Assembly (NCBI GenBank): GCA_037379345.1
Contig: CM074517.1
Coordinates: 23,374,001-23,438,000, forward strand
Length of the DNA: 64,000 nucleotides
Direction of reading: 5' to 3'
Source of the DNA: Perna viridis
Taxonomy: Eukaryota
Each line of letters opens with the position of its first letter. The stretch's first letter is position 1. Position numbers and translations under genes: made by a program. The notes beneath the pieces are model-generated. The model searched no databases and was not told the origin of the DNA. It saw only the letters and a list, made by a program, of their open reading frames with translations. This document shows, in pieces, positions 12,048 to 23,934 of this stretch.

Positions 12048-15000
12048 TTTCTAAAGATTTGACGAAACAAATTATATTTTTCCTCTATTATGGTTTATCT
12101 GGTCTGTCTGCACGGCTGTAACTGGCTCTACTAGTAAATTCTTCAAGTCATGTACGGTTCCTTATAAGCATATCTTATCTTTGAAGAGGGTGTATGAAGT
12201 AGGATATAAAAAAAAAAAAACAAAATACACTTTTTGTCTTTTTGCGACGTTTTTTTTTCACTTGCCCTTCGACTCCTTAAACTTTATATTTTCTAAAATA
12301 AAGCTAGCACAATCCGTTTGTTATTCCTTTGAGTATAAGTGGAGCTCTTTAACGGGATCAACTCTGGTCCATGAAATGAGGCCCACTAAGCCAATAACTG
12401 CGACATCACAGACTGAAGGTTGACTTATATATCATACGAAGCCTTTTACAAATATTAATTAAATGCAATAAATTTGGCGATTTTATCCAGATGTAAACAA
12501 AACGAAAGAGATAATCACATCACGCGTACCAACCAAGAGCTGAGAAAACTATGCTAAATCAGGTGTGATCAACACTGTTTTTATGTTTTGTTAGTAATTT
12601 ATCTGTTCTGATGTTCTCACCCCACTGTCAAGTATCCCACGTCATTTCGGGTTATTGAAGTGGGTTGCTAATACATGTTGTGTCAAAACGTACGTTAAGC
12701 ATCTTTCTCAAGTACTACGTCGCTTCAAAACAAACTTACAAATATGTAAAATGGACATATACGACAAAGAAGAATTTACAAACTAAAAACACCCACTCAA
12801 CTAGACTGTCTTGAACTTTTTGTCACCGGAAACTCAACGGTTCCGTTAATGTTTTATCGTTGACTTACGGTCTTACAGGTAGTTAGGTGTTATAGCACAG
12901 ACCTTTCTCTGTCAAAAGATTTTTATCAGACATTAAAAGAACTTAAATACCACAACATTCAAATTAGTTTTTGAGAAAGGATGCTTTATGACACTATCAA
13001 ATTTAAGCTAACTGTTGCTAATAGGTAAAAAGGTGTACTTGAACAAATAATGTTTTATAGTGGTGACCTCTTGAATTGTGAGTATAATCGAATGGGAAAT
13101 TGGTTTAAAAGGTAACCTAAGCATCACGGCAACAAGATATTAAGGAAAAATAATTAAAAACGTCCGAGTTGTGAATAATCGGTTGGGAAACAATTTTCAC
13201 AGAGAAAGATACTTTACAGCCCCATGTTGTAAAGAATTGCGTGGGAAAGACTATCTTACCAAAAAAGTCTTTTGCTATTCCGCTTTGTGTAAGGTTTATA
13301 AGTACAGCAGTAAATAGTCATTGATGTCATGGCTAACTTGACGCCTAAGCGTCTTATAAAAAAAGAGAAAGTGGAGACGGGGAAAAGAGGCAATCCATGG
13401 GCTTTCAATGGACAGTGAGAAATTTCCCACACCAGAGTCTAGATTTGACTTGATCCTGAAAAAATATACCTGTCCAGCGAAATGGGCATCACATTATATG
13501 TATAAAAGTCTATCAAACAATATGTATAAAGTCTATCGAACAGTTAAATACTGAAAATGCTAGATCTAGAGTTTCCTGACTTGGTACAGTCTCGAAAGAT
13601 GCGTGGGTTTGAACTACTTTGATGGGTCAAACCCTTCCCTATACCCCTGGCAATTGTAGACATAAAAATACACTCCTAACAAAAATATGTAAGAAATACC
13701 AAATTTCAAAAGAGGTCGGAGTCCTATACAAAATGGTAAACATGAGATGCATTTATTCATATACTATTATCTGAACTGATCGAAAGATTATGCCTCACCA
13801 AATAGCAAAGGTTTTCGAATTTCAAACATGGCCACAATTTCAAATTGACCGCCGTCCAAACTTTAAAAAAAATCGTCCAAAAATCACCAAAAAAAGTTTG
13901 GTAGAAAAATAAGCCTTCCATCGGTCATGTTGAAATTTTAAAAAATGACCGCAAGTCAAAAATTTTATTTTTTTTTAAATTGTAGAAATTCATGGGCCGT
14001 AGAAACTGATTTAAATTGCTCCTTTGACAAAGGAGGGTGGGCTGGTGAAACGTCCTGTTACGCTGTGCGTGACAAATATAGCTAGCTCAGTATCCTTTTC
14101 ATTCAGTTTAGAAATTATTTAAATTTATCAAGAAGAACGGAAACGTTGTCGTAAATCAGAGAACAAAATTATAAGACTAGTAACACTGTGTAAAATTCGA
14201 ACACCGACTCAAATACACACACGGAAAGAAAAGAAGGAAAAAATATTATAAAGTTCTTTTTTATTTCAGTGCAACTTTGTGGAATTTTAACCTCATAATA
14301 TAATTAGTATGGCACTAGTATTTGAGTACTACTTTATTTCCGGGTATATATCTTTTCTGTAAGTACGAAATCTCAATAAAGGCGTCCTGATACTCAAGTA
14401 TATAAACAATAACCAACATCAAAAATTTGTTAGATGTTAACTTAAGCTAAATAATCACTTGATATGATAAAGATGTGACAATATAAGGATTATGAGAATT
14501 GATATTCACAACGCCCAAGGAAGGAGTAGTTTTAGCCACCAGGGGTAGTTAGTCACTTGATAAACAAACATTTAAATGTAAATATTCCTGACCGAAGGAT
14601 ATGAAATTTAGTTAGACCATGAAAATGTATTTACACCTTGTGACCTTGAGTATTCATGATAGAAACAACCTAGTCCAATCGATGTCTGGACCTGCTTCAA
14701 ACTGCAGCTGTGATTTATAGTCGTTGAGGAAAATAAGCGGAAAAATTGTTACGGACACATACGGAACTAATGAACATTATTCCCATATAAATTAGAGAAT
14801 AAAAATTTCCTGATCATATGCACAACAACAAATGGTGTTCTTGCTACATACCAAGTTTCAAGAAATGCTGTTGGATAGTTTCAAAGGAATTGTGATGACA
14901 AGCTGATAGATGTAGATCTATGGTTTAATTACCAAGTTCAAAGGGCATAACTCCCTTAAAAATTAGAGAATCAAAACTTCCTGATAATATGCATAACTAC

Positions 15001-15120
15001 ATATGGTGTTCTTGATAGTTAAATACCAAGTTTTAAGAATTTTTGTTGAGTAGTTTTAGAGGAGTTGCGATGACAAGCGGAAGTGTTGCGGACGGACGGA
15101 CTCAACTCCTAGTACTATAT

Positions 15121-16462
15121 CAAAATGTGGAATTAAAAATTGGAAAACATGCAACATTCTAATAACCGACTCTTTCTTCATTAGTACCCTTACGAACAAA
15201 ACCTTTCACACAAGATGTCACGATGACTTAAGTTGCAAATCGACAAACTTAGATTATGGATTAGAATGCTACTCATGCGGTCTAGAATATGTTGGTGAAA
15301 CACAAGAACGATTAAACGAGCGAATGAGAGGTCATCGTTCGGGAATTAATACCACCAAATTCCCGACAGTTTATCAACATTTTAATCTACAAGATCATTC
15401 AATCCTCTCTGTGAAAGTTCGTATTCTTGAAAAAAATTACCATCCAACGAACAGCCCTGTCCTAAGTAAAAACTAATAAAGGGAAAGCGAGGAATTCTGA
15501 ATACGCAGACTAGATACTGCAATACCGTACGGGTGCAATGACAAGATCAAATGTAGGAAACATTTCAAGCCAATATAACAATAACATAAATGTCATGAAT
15601 TTATTTGGCGGATAAGGAGAGATGACCATCGCCACTCTACGTCACCTAAGATGCATGATGTCTCCATAGATGGTCTTCTTCCTTTCATACAAAAATCTAT
15701 AACTCTTTGACTTCATCACATTCGAACTAAACTTTATTCTTTACCTCTCAAAGAACTACACTCCCTTTACAAAAGAAGTCTTGACACTCCTGTTTCTGAA
15801 TCTGCCTCATTATACAGACTTGTTGCCTTCCTTTTGGATATTGGTTTCCAAAGACTCTTTGAATCAGTTTGTGGAAAAGGTCAAGATGAAGAAAACCGAT
15901 CATTCATTCCACTACCTTTGTCAACAAAGGTATAGATGCAATTAATATGGCTAACATCATCCATCATAAAAAAACGTTAACAACAAATTTCCCCCCTATT
16001 TCAAGGACAAATCAATACCAATTATTTCATACTCCTATACTTCACTTATTTACATCCAAAATTTTCAAGAAAGACTATTGAAGGACCTCGAGATTGAGGA
16101 CTTCAATTCTTAACCACCTGACTGTTCTTGCAAAAACTCTCCATTCAAATATAGTCCTTCTGGTCACGTCGTTACGGAAGATTTAAGCATCATCGAAAAC
16201 GAATCTCTGCGTAAGTTCCTTAATAAAGGTCCCAAGTAAACCACGCTCCATAAATTGGAACTATAACTTTAAAGTTCTCACAGATGCCGTGGAGGACTAC
16301 GCAAGAAAATGGATAAAACGAGAACAAGAAGACATTTATTCTATGTCAGAGTGGGTAAAGGCCGTGGAATCTCTAATTTTGAAACGAATGAAAGTTTTAA
16401 GTAGGTCAATGAGTGTCAATGATACATTAGTTTTCAAAGACCCCGATGTAGCAAAAACATTT
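15121..16462 (+). mobile_element. Penelope-like element (Naiad-type, N-terminal GIY-YIG endonuclease), degenerate 5' fragment
   Basis: KCGIKNWKTC...SCKSTNLDYGLECYSCGLEYVGETQERLNERMRGHRS...HF...H...PYGCND (GIY-YIG), followed by a linker with CSC...GHVVTED and LNKGPK; several stops and frameshifts. Confidence 0.85.
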
Positions 16463-16841
16463 AGTGCATGGGCTGGGAGGGTCCACCGTGCACCCCACCC
16501 CCACTCATCAACTTCATAGTGATTTTTAGGTACCTTTATACCTCCCATTACCGAATCAATTTGTTGCCAAAGAATATTCTCGAATTCTTTTTCAGTATAA
16601 GCCTATATTTATATCCCACTGGCTAAAAAAGCCAAGATTTTTGTGACTCAATTGTTTGAGCGTCTAAGCCTTCCTGGGATAGCACGTGTGAACAAACTAG
16701 ACAAATTGAGGTATCTTGTAGCGTAATGTCTCAGCTTTACAATGGTACCATGAAACTTGCGGTAACTCTTAGGGTTTTGCAGCAAAATGAAGAACATGTA
16801 TCCCTACACTGCCGAAAAATCGTTTAAAATGACAAATTTTT

Positions 16842-17246
16842 CAGGGTTATGTTGCTACAAGATTGAAGTCATCACTACAGGAGTTTTATGGTCGTCATCA
16901 TGAGCTCGTGGATTGTTACGGTGTATCCATCTGTGCCATGAAAACTGATTTGTTCAATGTGTCTTAGTTCTCCTGTCCTCTTTTGTCTACTCGGACTTGA
17001 CTTTTTATGAGCATCTCGGTGGTTGTTTCTAGAAAAGCAGAGGACGCTTACCCTACCGGTGCACCCGGTCCATGCTCCCAGTTTTTAGTGGAGTCCGAGT
17101 TGCTCATTTGCTTTTGTTACTTTGTATGTATGATTTTAGTTACTTCATGTTCTTTGTTATGTATGTCTGTTTTCCATGTCTGGTCTTTGTCCCTGGATTA
17201 CATTATTTTGATTACCCTATAACCTTGGTTCCCTTGATTACTCTTT
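16842..17246 (+). mobile_element. Penelope-like element 3' end (RT thumb C-terminus + 3' UTR)
   Basis: QGYVATRLKSSLQEFYGRHHELVDCYGVSICAMKTDLF, then a 3' repeat also present at 391-595 and 3255-3440. Confidence 0.8.
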
Positions 17247-19129
17247 CAATGTCAAAACCCCTTGAGTATCAATGCTTCAGTAAAAATGGCTTATTTGGTA
17301 TTTCCTGTTTACTATTATCACAAGTTATACTTCTGGGGTTCTTCTGATGAATTTTTGGGATTTTTGTGGTCAGAATTTACTCCCCCCCCCAAAAAAAGAA
17401 GAGAAAATGGGATTTTTCACGGTCAAAAGTCACATAAATTCGACTCTACAAGTTATTATTGCTCAAATAAAACGTCTCAAATTTGGTATCGCTCAATAGA
17501 TAATTTAATTTTCTACATAAATAAACCCCGAAAACCTAATTTTCAAGAAAGGAATTTCAAAAAATGATACAAATATTACCCCATACCCCTAGAAAACTGG
17601 TCTCAGTATCAAACAGAATTCTCATTCACAGCATACCAACACCGTAAAACTCATATTTTAGGCATTCATAATTAAAATAATGATGTTCCCAATATATCTG
17701 ATCAATTAAGGAGCTCAGATTTTCTTTTTGGGCTAACAATTACTATAAAATCGTAAAAATGGGAATTTTCAGAATTTCAGAATTTCTTCCATGTCACCCG
17801 TTATTTCCCTTTTTTTCAGAATACCGTAGTTTAATCAAGCTTTTGTGTGATATGGTACATTAATATAGTGTCTTCGCTTCAAAATGAGCCCAAATAATAC
17901 ATCTTAGAACTATACAACTGTACAATAGACATGTTGGGTACTATTGTTTTAATTATTGATGTATACAACATGTCTTCTCATTTCAGGCGCGTATTTTTTA
18001 GTTTCAATCTGACAATAATGAGTTTTTCATAAAAAGGGGATTTTTTTTTTCAAATACCGTACTTCAAATAAGCTTTTGTATATTCAAATACAAATATATA
18101 GTGTCTTACCTTTAAATTTTAAATCTGTGATACCCTCTTTTGGTCTCTCTACCAAAGACGATAGTTGTGATTTACCGTCTATGTATTGTATTCCTTAACT
18201 CCACAAGAAATCATACAAACAACACTACATAGCTGGATCTGCAAAATATACTTATATATCATTATATAAGTACAACCATCTCGTCATACAATCTAAGCTT
18301 GCAACGCATATATTTTGTAACTTGGTCTGTTTCTATGAATCAACCACTGGTCTGGAGCAGAAGTAACCAACTGAATGAAAGCCGGAGGAGCATTCTTCTT
18401 GATGACAAAAGTGTCCAAATATTTGAAGGGGACATATTGAAAGCATTTGAATTAACTTTGGCTCATCTTTCTCACAATACTGTGACAATCTGACTTTTTT
18501 TTTAATATAATCAAGTTTTTATGTTGTACTTCTTTGTTTAACCCGGATACCTTCAGGGATAAATACCCTGAGAACCATGCAGAGCAAATTTTACAAAAAA
18601 TAAAGATGAGGAGATTGTTAGGGAGACAAATGTAAAGTGGAACTAAAGAGATCCTGGGAAATTCCAGAATAATAGGGTGTTCAAAGCTATAATTTGCTGA
18701 TTTTGTCAAAATTTTGCACGGAATGAACAAAATTTTCTAACAAAATGAGGGTCTCCGGGCAGCGATCGGAGATGTAGGAAAATACGGTTGACAGAAACAT
18801 CAACACTCCACTACATATATATATTTTTGCACAGGAATGTCATCATGCATTCCATCATGAAATGAGTTTTTGAAATTTAAGCACAACACGTATAGTAATC
18901 AAACGAATGATGAATTCAAAATTTGCAAAAAAAAAAAAAAACTGCATGACCCCTACCCAAATAAAAAAAAAACAAAAAAAACGAAAAAAACAAAACCTGT
19001 AAAATCTAATTGATATTTTTTCCAGTAGCACAAAAAGCAGGGACTGATCCAGGATATTCGGTGTTGTTAGAATTAAATGCTGACCTAGCGAAGATTTCAC
19101 GCACAAAAGTATAATAGTTTTCTCAAATT

Positions 19130-19365
19130 TTGGAGGGCGTGTTCGAACTATTAAAAAATATTTTTTTACGTCGGGTGTCGCTTTAAATTTCGCGCGAACA
19201 TTTTCCCGCGGTTTCATGTTGAGTTATTCCCCTTTATTTACATTTAGTATTGATTGCATGGAGCCTGCTAATTTTCATGAATATTTTATTCTTTCTTAAG
19301 AATCTTACAACAATACACCTTGTTAGAGAGTTAAACGAAATAACAATGTCATTATTTACCAGGTA
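19130..19365 (+). promoter_or_regulatory. Candidate promoter / non-coding first exon of the IgSF gene
   Basis: CpG-rich patch with E2F-like TTTCGCGC and TTTCCCGC; candidate donor ccag|gtaatt at 19362; CpG becomes scarce downstream; the IgSF ATG sits directly after a splice acceptor. Confidence 0.4.
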
Positions 19366-19789
19366 ATTGATTATAAACCATTAATTATTTAGCCATAATT
19401 GTTATTTTTCGGGCCAGAATATATCCCAATAATTAGTGGAAATTTGTGCTATTAGGGGATAGACCATACATGTGCATAGTGTGCATTCAGTTCAAGCAGG
19501 AGTACAACTTAACAGGTAAAGAATTAAATAATGTTCAGCATGAGGATTGATATTTTGATATTTGAACAGTTTTTATGTAAAAGTTAGGGAGCAGTGGACC
19601 ATTTGATATTGAGGGGAGGGTTTCGGAAGATTTCTTGGGATCAAACTACTTTTTTTTTGCCTTATTAATGGTTGATATATTTATTTTTCATGTACAATGA
19701 ATCAAATTATATTCATATAAGTAAAAGCACTGACGGTGATATTGGATCAGACTGAAGTAGAAGGGTCAAAATATTTTTTTTTCATGAAG

Positions 19790-19881
19790 GTCTTGAGTTA
19801 ACATATTTATTTTAATTTTCTTATAAGCCTCCCAAGTCTTGAGTTAACATATTTATTTTAATTTTCTTATAAGCCTCCCAA
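19790..19881. repeat. Perfect 46-bp tandem duplication
   Basis: gtcttgagttaacatatttattttaattttcttataagcctcccaa twice. Confidence 0.9.
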
Positions 19882-21233
19882 TCAAATTCAAATGGTCATC
19901 AACAAATGCTTGGAATGACCTGCTTTTAAATGAGTTTAACGCAAAAGCTTGAAATCTTATCAATAGATACCCTACTAAGCTCTGAAATATGGGTTCACAT
20001 TCTTAGAGCTGTACATCATTTATTGATAAGATTTCAAGTTACAATGGTAGTCATATTAAATGATAAATTCTCGTTAGTTGTAATAAATATTTCTACCTGT
20101 GAATTTTATTAAAAAAAAATGCATGTTTTGTTTCGTTTTGTTTTTTTAGGTTTTTTTTTTTATATTTTTCTTAATACAAGGGTAAATTTTAGTTAATGCA
20201 AGATCTTGAAATGTATTCAAAATGCCAACAACTTGTAGCTGTTGAATAAATTTGTATCTGGAGAATTTTCCCCTGACGTCACTTTTTAAGTGTTGATTTA
20301 TATGCTCATAGAACAAACATTTTATGTCTAAAATTCTTCAATGTCATTGTTCTATGTAGTTGGCTCTGTTACCAGATTGAAATAACCTTTATGAAGGCAA
20401 TGCTTTTCCACCATTTTAAAGCATAAACACCTTTTAATAAGGATTTTAATCCTCACATACTGATCCGATAAAAAGGGCATGGCATTTTGACAAGGTTTTA
20501 TTTGAATTTATAATTATTTTGGATTTAAAAAAAATATTTGAAAAAATTAGATCAACTGGCCGAAAGCCACATGAGCTATTGCCATCTGAAACTTTGCACA
20601 GTTGTTCCTTAAGGTATCTTGCACAAAAGTTGTGTTTATACTTTTGATCCGTCAGATAACATGGCCTCCTTAACTGAAAATAGAACATAGGTGTCAGACG
20701 GAAGTTTTTTCGTATATATCTCCAAAACATTAGGTTTAACCAAGTTCTGACAGTGTAAGTGTGCAGCATGATGAGATCTATCTGTGATGAAATTTTAATC
20801 TGTTAAGCCCTTTAGGCGTTATTGCCCTGTTTCAACATTTTTTTGCTATTTTAAATGTTATTTCTTTGAAAAAATCTTCTTCTCTGACACTACTTGACCA
20901 ATTGGAACCAAACTTGGAATGAATGTTCCTTGGGGTATCTTGCACAAAATTGTGTTAGAAATATAAAAATAGAACATAAGGGTCTGACAATAGATTTTTG
21001 CATATATTTCCAAAGTTTAGCCAAATTCTGACAAGGGTAAAAGTGTTCAGTAATATGATATGTATTTGTGGTCAAATTTTCATTTTGATCTGTTAAGTCA
21101 TGTAATGATCCTTATATTAAGTCTGAGTAAAGTCTTCTTGAGTCAAAATTGTTAGAAAACTTCTTGTTAAATTTATTACCTTTGAAAGACAAAATTTAAC
21201 CAGGTGAGCGATTCAGGCTCCTGGGAGCATTTG

Positions 21234-21378
21234 TTTACAAAACTTACCCCTACTAAAGGGGTTAGTCATGCCGTCATGACTAAGGGGGTTAGTAAATTTT
21301 CCCTGCCTATTTTTATCCAACTAAGCTTACCTTTAGCCATGACTGCATGGCTAACCCCCATAGCATGGGTTAGTTAAA
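21234..21378. mobile_element. Palindromic MITE (ttagtcatg..catgactaa); a relative at about 29980-30658 is split by the SINE
   Basis: Inverted ends and internal hairpins shared between the two loci. Confidence 0.65.
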
Positions 21379-22279
21379 CACATTTTTTTTTCATTTTCTT
21401 AATTCCTAATTCAAATAATATCTTGTTTTATGGAAATTTTAATCCAATTTTTGTTTCAACTTCAAGCAAATAAATTAAGATAATTAAAAAAAGATCTCTA
21501 ATTGTTGCAACAGATGGTCTTTCCGTATTGATATTGGTAATTATGATTGAACTAATTGGCTTGATTTATGACTTAGTATGTTGGAATTAATTTGAGGGCA
21601 AATTCTATGCCTTGGGTAAGGTCTATGCTCTGACAGTTTTCTTAAAAAATTTTTGGTGGTTCAAATTTATTTGAGTTGAATTCCCTGGACTTTTCCAAGT
21701 TGCAAATCACTGGTCCATGCAAGAAAGATTAAAAGTCTATAATAAACTGTTAATGAAGACTTTAAAGGTTTAGGCCCTAGGTTAATGAAACTTGGAAGAT
21801 TCTAAGTCTGGATTTAAGGGTCTTTTAAAAGTTTTGATTTTGATGAACAGTTTGGAGTAGAAATCTGCATATATATAACCTACTTAGGTGGTTAAACTTT
21901 GTACCAAGTATCAAAGATAGTTTTTCCAAAAGTTTTATTTTCTAAACTTTGGTTGTCAATAATCAGAAATTGATTCCTTCATTTGGCCATACTTGAAAGA
22001 TATCATTGTTCATTATAATGTAATTTATCCAGATATTTGAATAGGTGTTTAAGTATTAAATAAGTAAAAGTTTCATTTTAGGCCTTACATTATTTATCAT
22101 AAAGTAAAGAAATGACTGCTAAGTTACTAGATGTTAGTACATATCCTGATGGTGAGGATTTAATAAAGGCAGTGGTATAAGGACTGAAGATATTTATCTT
22201 CTTACATATCCTATTACTGTATGTATATGGATTTGGAGTTTCTAAAGAACTGGATTAAGGATGGTGTGTTAAAAAGTTC

Positions 22280-22890
22280 ATAAAACTTTACTATGATGAC
22301 ATTACACTTCTGTTTGGTCATAGGTTGTTGTTTGTAATGGCATAAGTTAATATAACTTGAGTGTGATGACACTTCATGTCTTTTTGGTCATAGAATTATG
22401 TTTGTAATGATATAAGTTAATAGAACTTTACTATGACGACATTACACATCCTTTTGGCCATAGGATGATGTTGGTAGTGGCATTAGTTATTAAAATTTAA
22501 GTGACTTTTCATGTCTTTTTGGTCATTGGGTGATGTTTGCAGTGGCATAAGTTAATCAAACTTGAGTGTGATGACATTACACTTCTGATTGGTATGATGT
22601 ATGTAATGGCATTAAATTATAAAATTTGAGTGTGATGACATTACACTTCTGATTGGTGTGACGTATGTAATGGCATTAAATTATAAAATTTGAGTGTAAT
22701 GACATTACACTTCTGATTGGTATGACGTATGTAATGGCATTAAATTATACAATTTGAGTGTGATGACATTACACTTCTGATTGGTATGATGTATGTAATG
22801 GCATTAAATTATAAAATTTGAGTGTGATGACATTTCATGTCTTTTTGATCAAAGGATGGCGTTTGTACTAGTGGCATAAGTTAATAAAAC
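22280..22890. repeat. Minisatellite: 64-bp homogeneous core (22562-22830) flanked by diverged units of about 70 bp
   Basis: Unit ttgagtgtgatgacattacacttctgattggtatgatgtatgtaatggcattaaattataaaat. Confidence 0.93.
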
Positions 22891-23547
22891 TAACGGAAAC
22901 TCAATGTTATCATTATTTTACCACAGGTTGGCCTTTAATGTTGCATTGTTTTTCCCTGAGCGATGGCGAGGGGTAAAGTTATGACATGAATTGCCACCCT
23001 GTGGTGAAACAATTACAAAATGGAGTTTCCCAGATTTATTATGATTCTAATAGAGCTAGATTCATAATATTTTTGAAAAGACGCAGCCAATGTGTTGCAT
23101 GAAATAGTGACCATCTTGGAGCAAAATTCTGTTGTGACATGGTAAATTTGGGTAAAACTTTTTTATGGCAGTGAAAGTATGACTGTTCTACATCCATGAC
23201 TTTGGTCATATGTTTATCAAAATTTTACCATGGGTGTGGTCTAAAGAGCTTTGAAGAAGGTAATATTAAAATTCAAGTATGTTTAGTGTTATGTAGTTGC
23301 ATTAGTTAATAAAACTTGAATATGGAGACAATTCATGAATATCTTAGTATAGAATGATTTGTGTAGAGGCACAAGTTTATAAAACTTTAGTGTGATGGCA
23401 TTTCATGTCTTTAGGGTCATAGGGAGATATATGTAGTGGCATGTTGTATGCATTGAAGCAAAAAAAATATAGGTACATTATCAATGAGGTATCAACCCCA
23501 AGTGATCAGTAGTAAGATTACAAAAGCAAAATGTTGAGCTGTCAACA

Positions 23548-23763
23548 CTGTGTTCTAGGATTCCACTTTCCCATCACCCAGGGCAAGTGCAGTTTTGGTG
23601 TGGGAAAGTTAAATATTATTCCTTACTTTCCCTTTGGCAAGTAGAAAGCTTGAACTGTTTTAAAGGATTTAAGTTTTAAAGCAAACTTCAGGTGTGAGAA
23701 AGTTAATCTTCATTTAGAGTTTTCTTGTGGAAACCTAAAAGTTTGAAAATTCCTAGAACACTG
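23548..23763. mobile_element. Small MITE with imperfect TIR gtgttctagga
   Basis: ctgtgttctagga ... tcctagaacactg. Confidence 0.5.
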
Positions 23764-23873
23764 ATATGTTTGATCTTGTCTCTCATTGTACTGTAACCCT
23801 CCTAAAAGTTAACAAAAGTGTACAAAACTGACTGTCTCAAGATAAAATTATAATTATGAAATCTTACTTTCAG

Positions 23874-23934
23874 ATGAAGTCCACAGACTGCATTGTTTTC
23901 TGTGCTATACTTGGTATTGTGTTAGGAAGAATAG
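23874..23934 (+). CDS. IgSF exon c1 (signal peptide)
   Basis: tttcag|ATG, MKSTDCIVFCAILGIVLGRI, G|gtaggt; phase 1 matches the next exon. Confidence 0.75.

Noticed and set aside
15490-15505. In-frame TGA in the GIY-YIG domain as selenocysteine
   Set aside because: It lies where Trp is expected (EEF*IRRL), and the copy also has TAA stops and frameshifts, so it is simple decay.
16463-16841. Treating 15121-17246 as one contiguous PLE
   Set aside because: An unrelated segment separates the pieces and appears to resume after 17246, so the 5' and 3' fragments may be independent insertions.
17007-17107. SECIS element or hammerhead ribozyme in the PLE 3' UTR
   Set aside because: ATGA pairs Watson-Crick with TCAT rather than forming a GA quartet, and there is no CTGAnGA...GAAA core.
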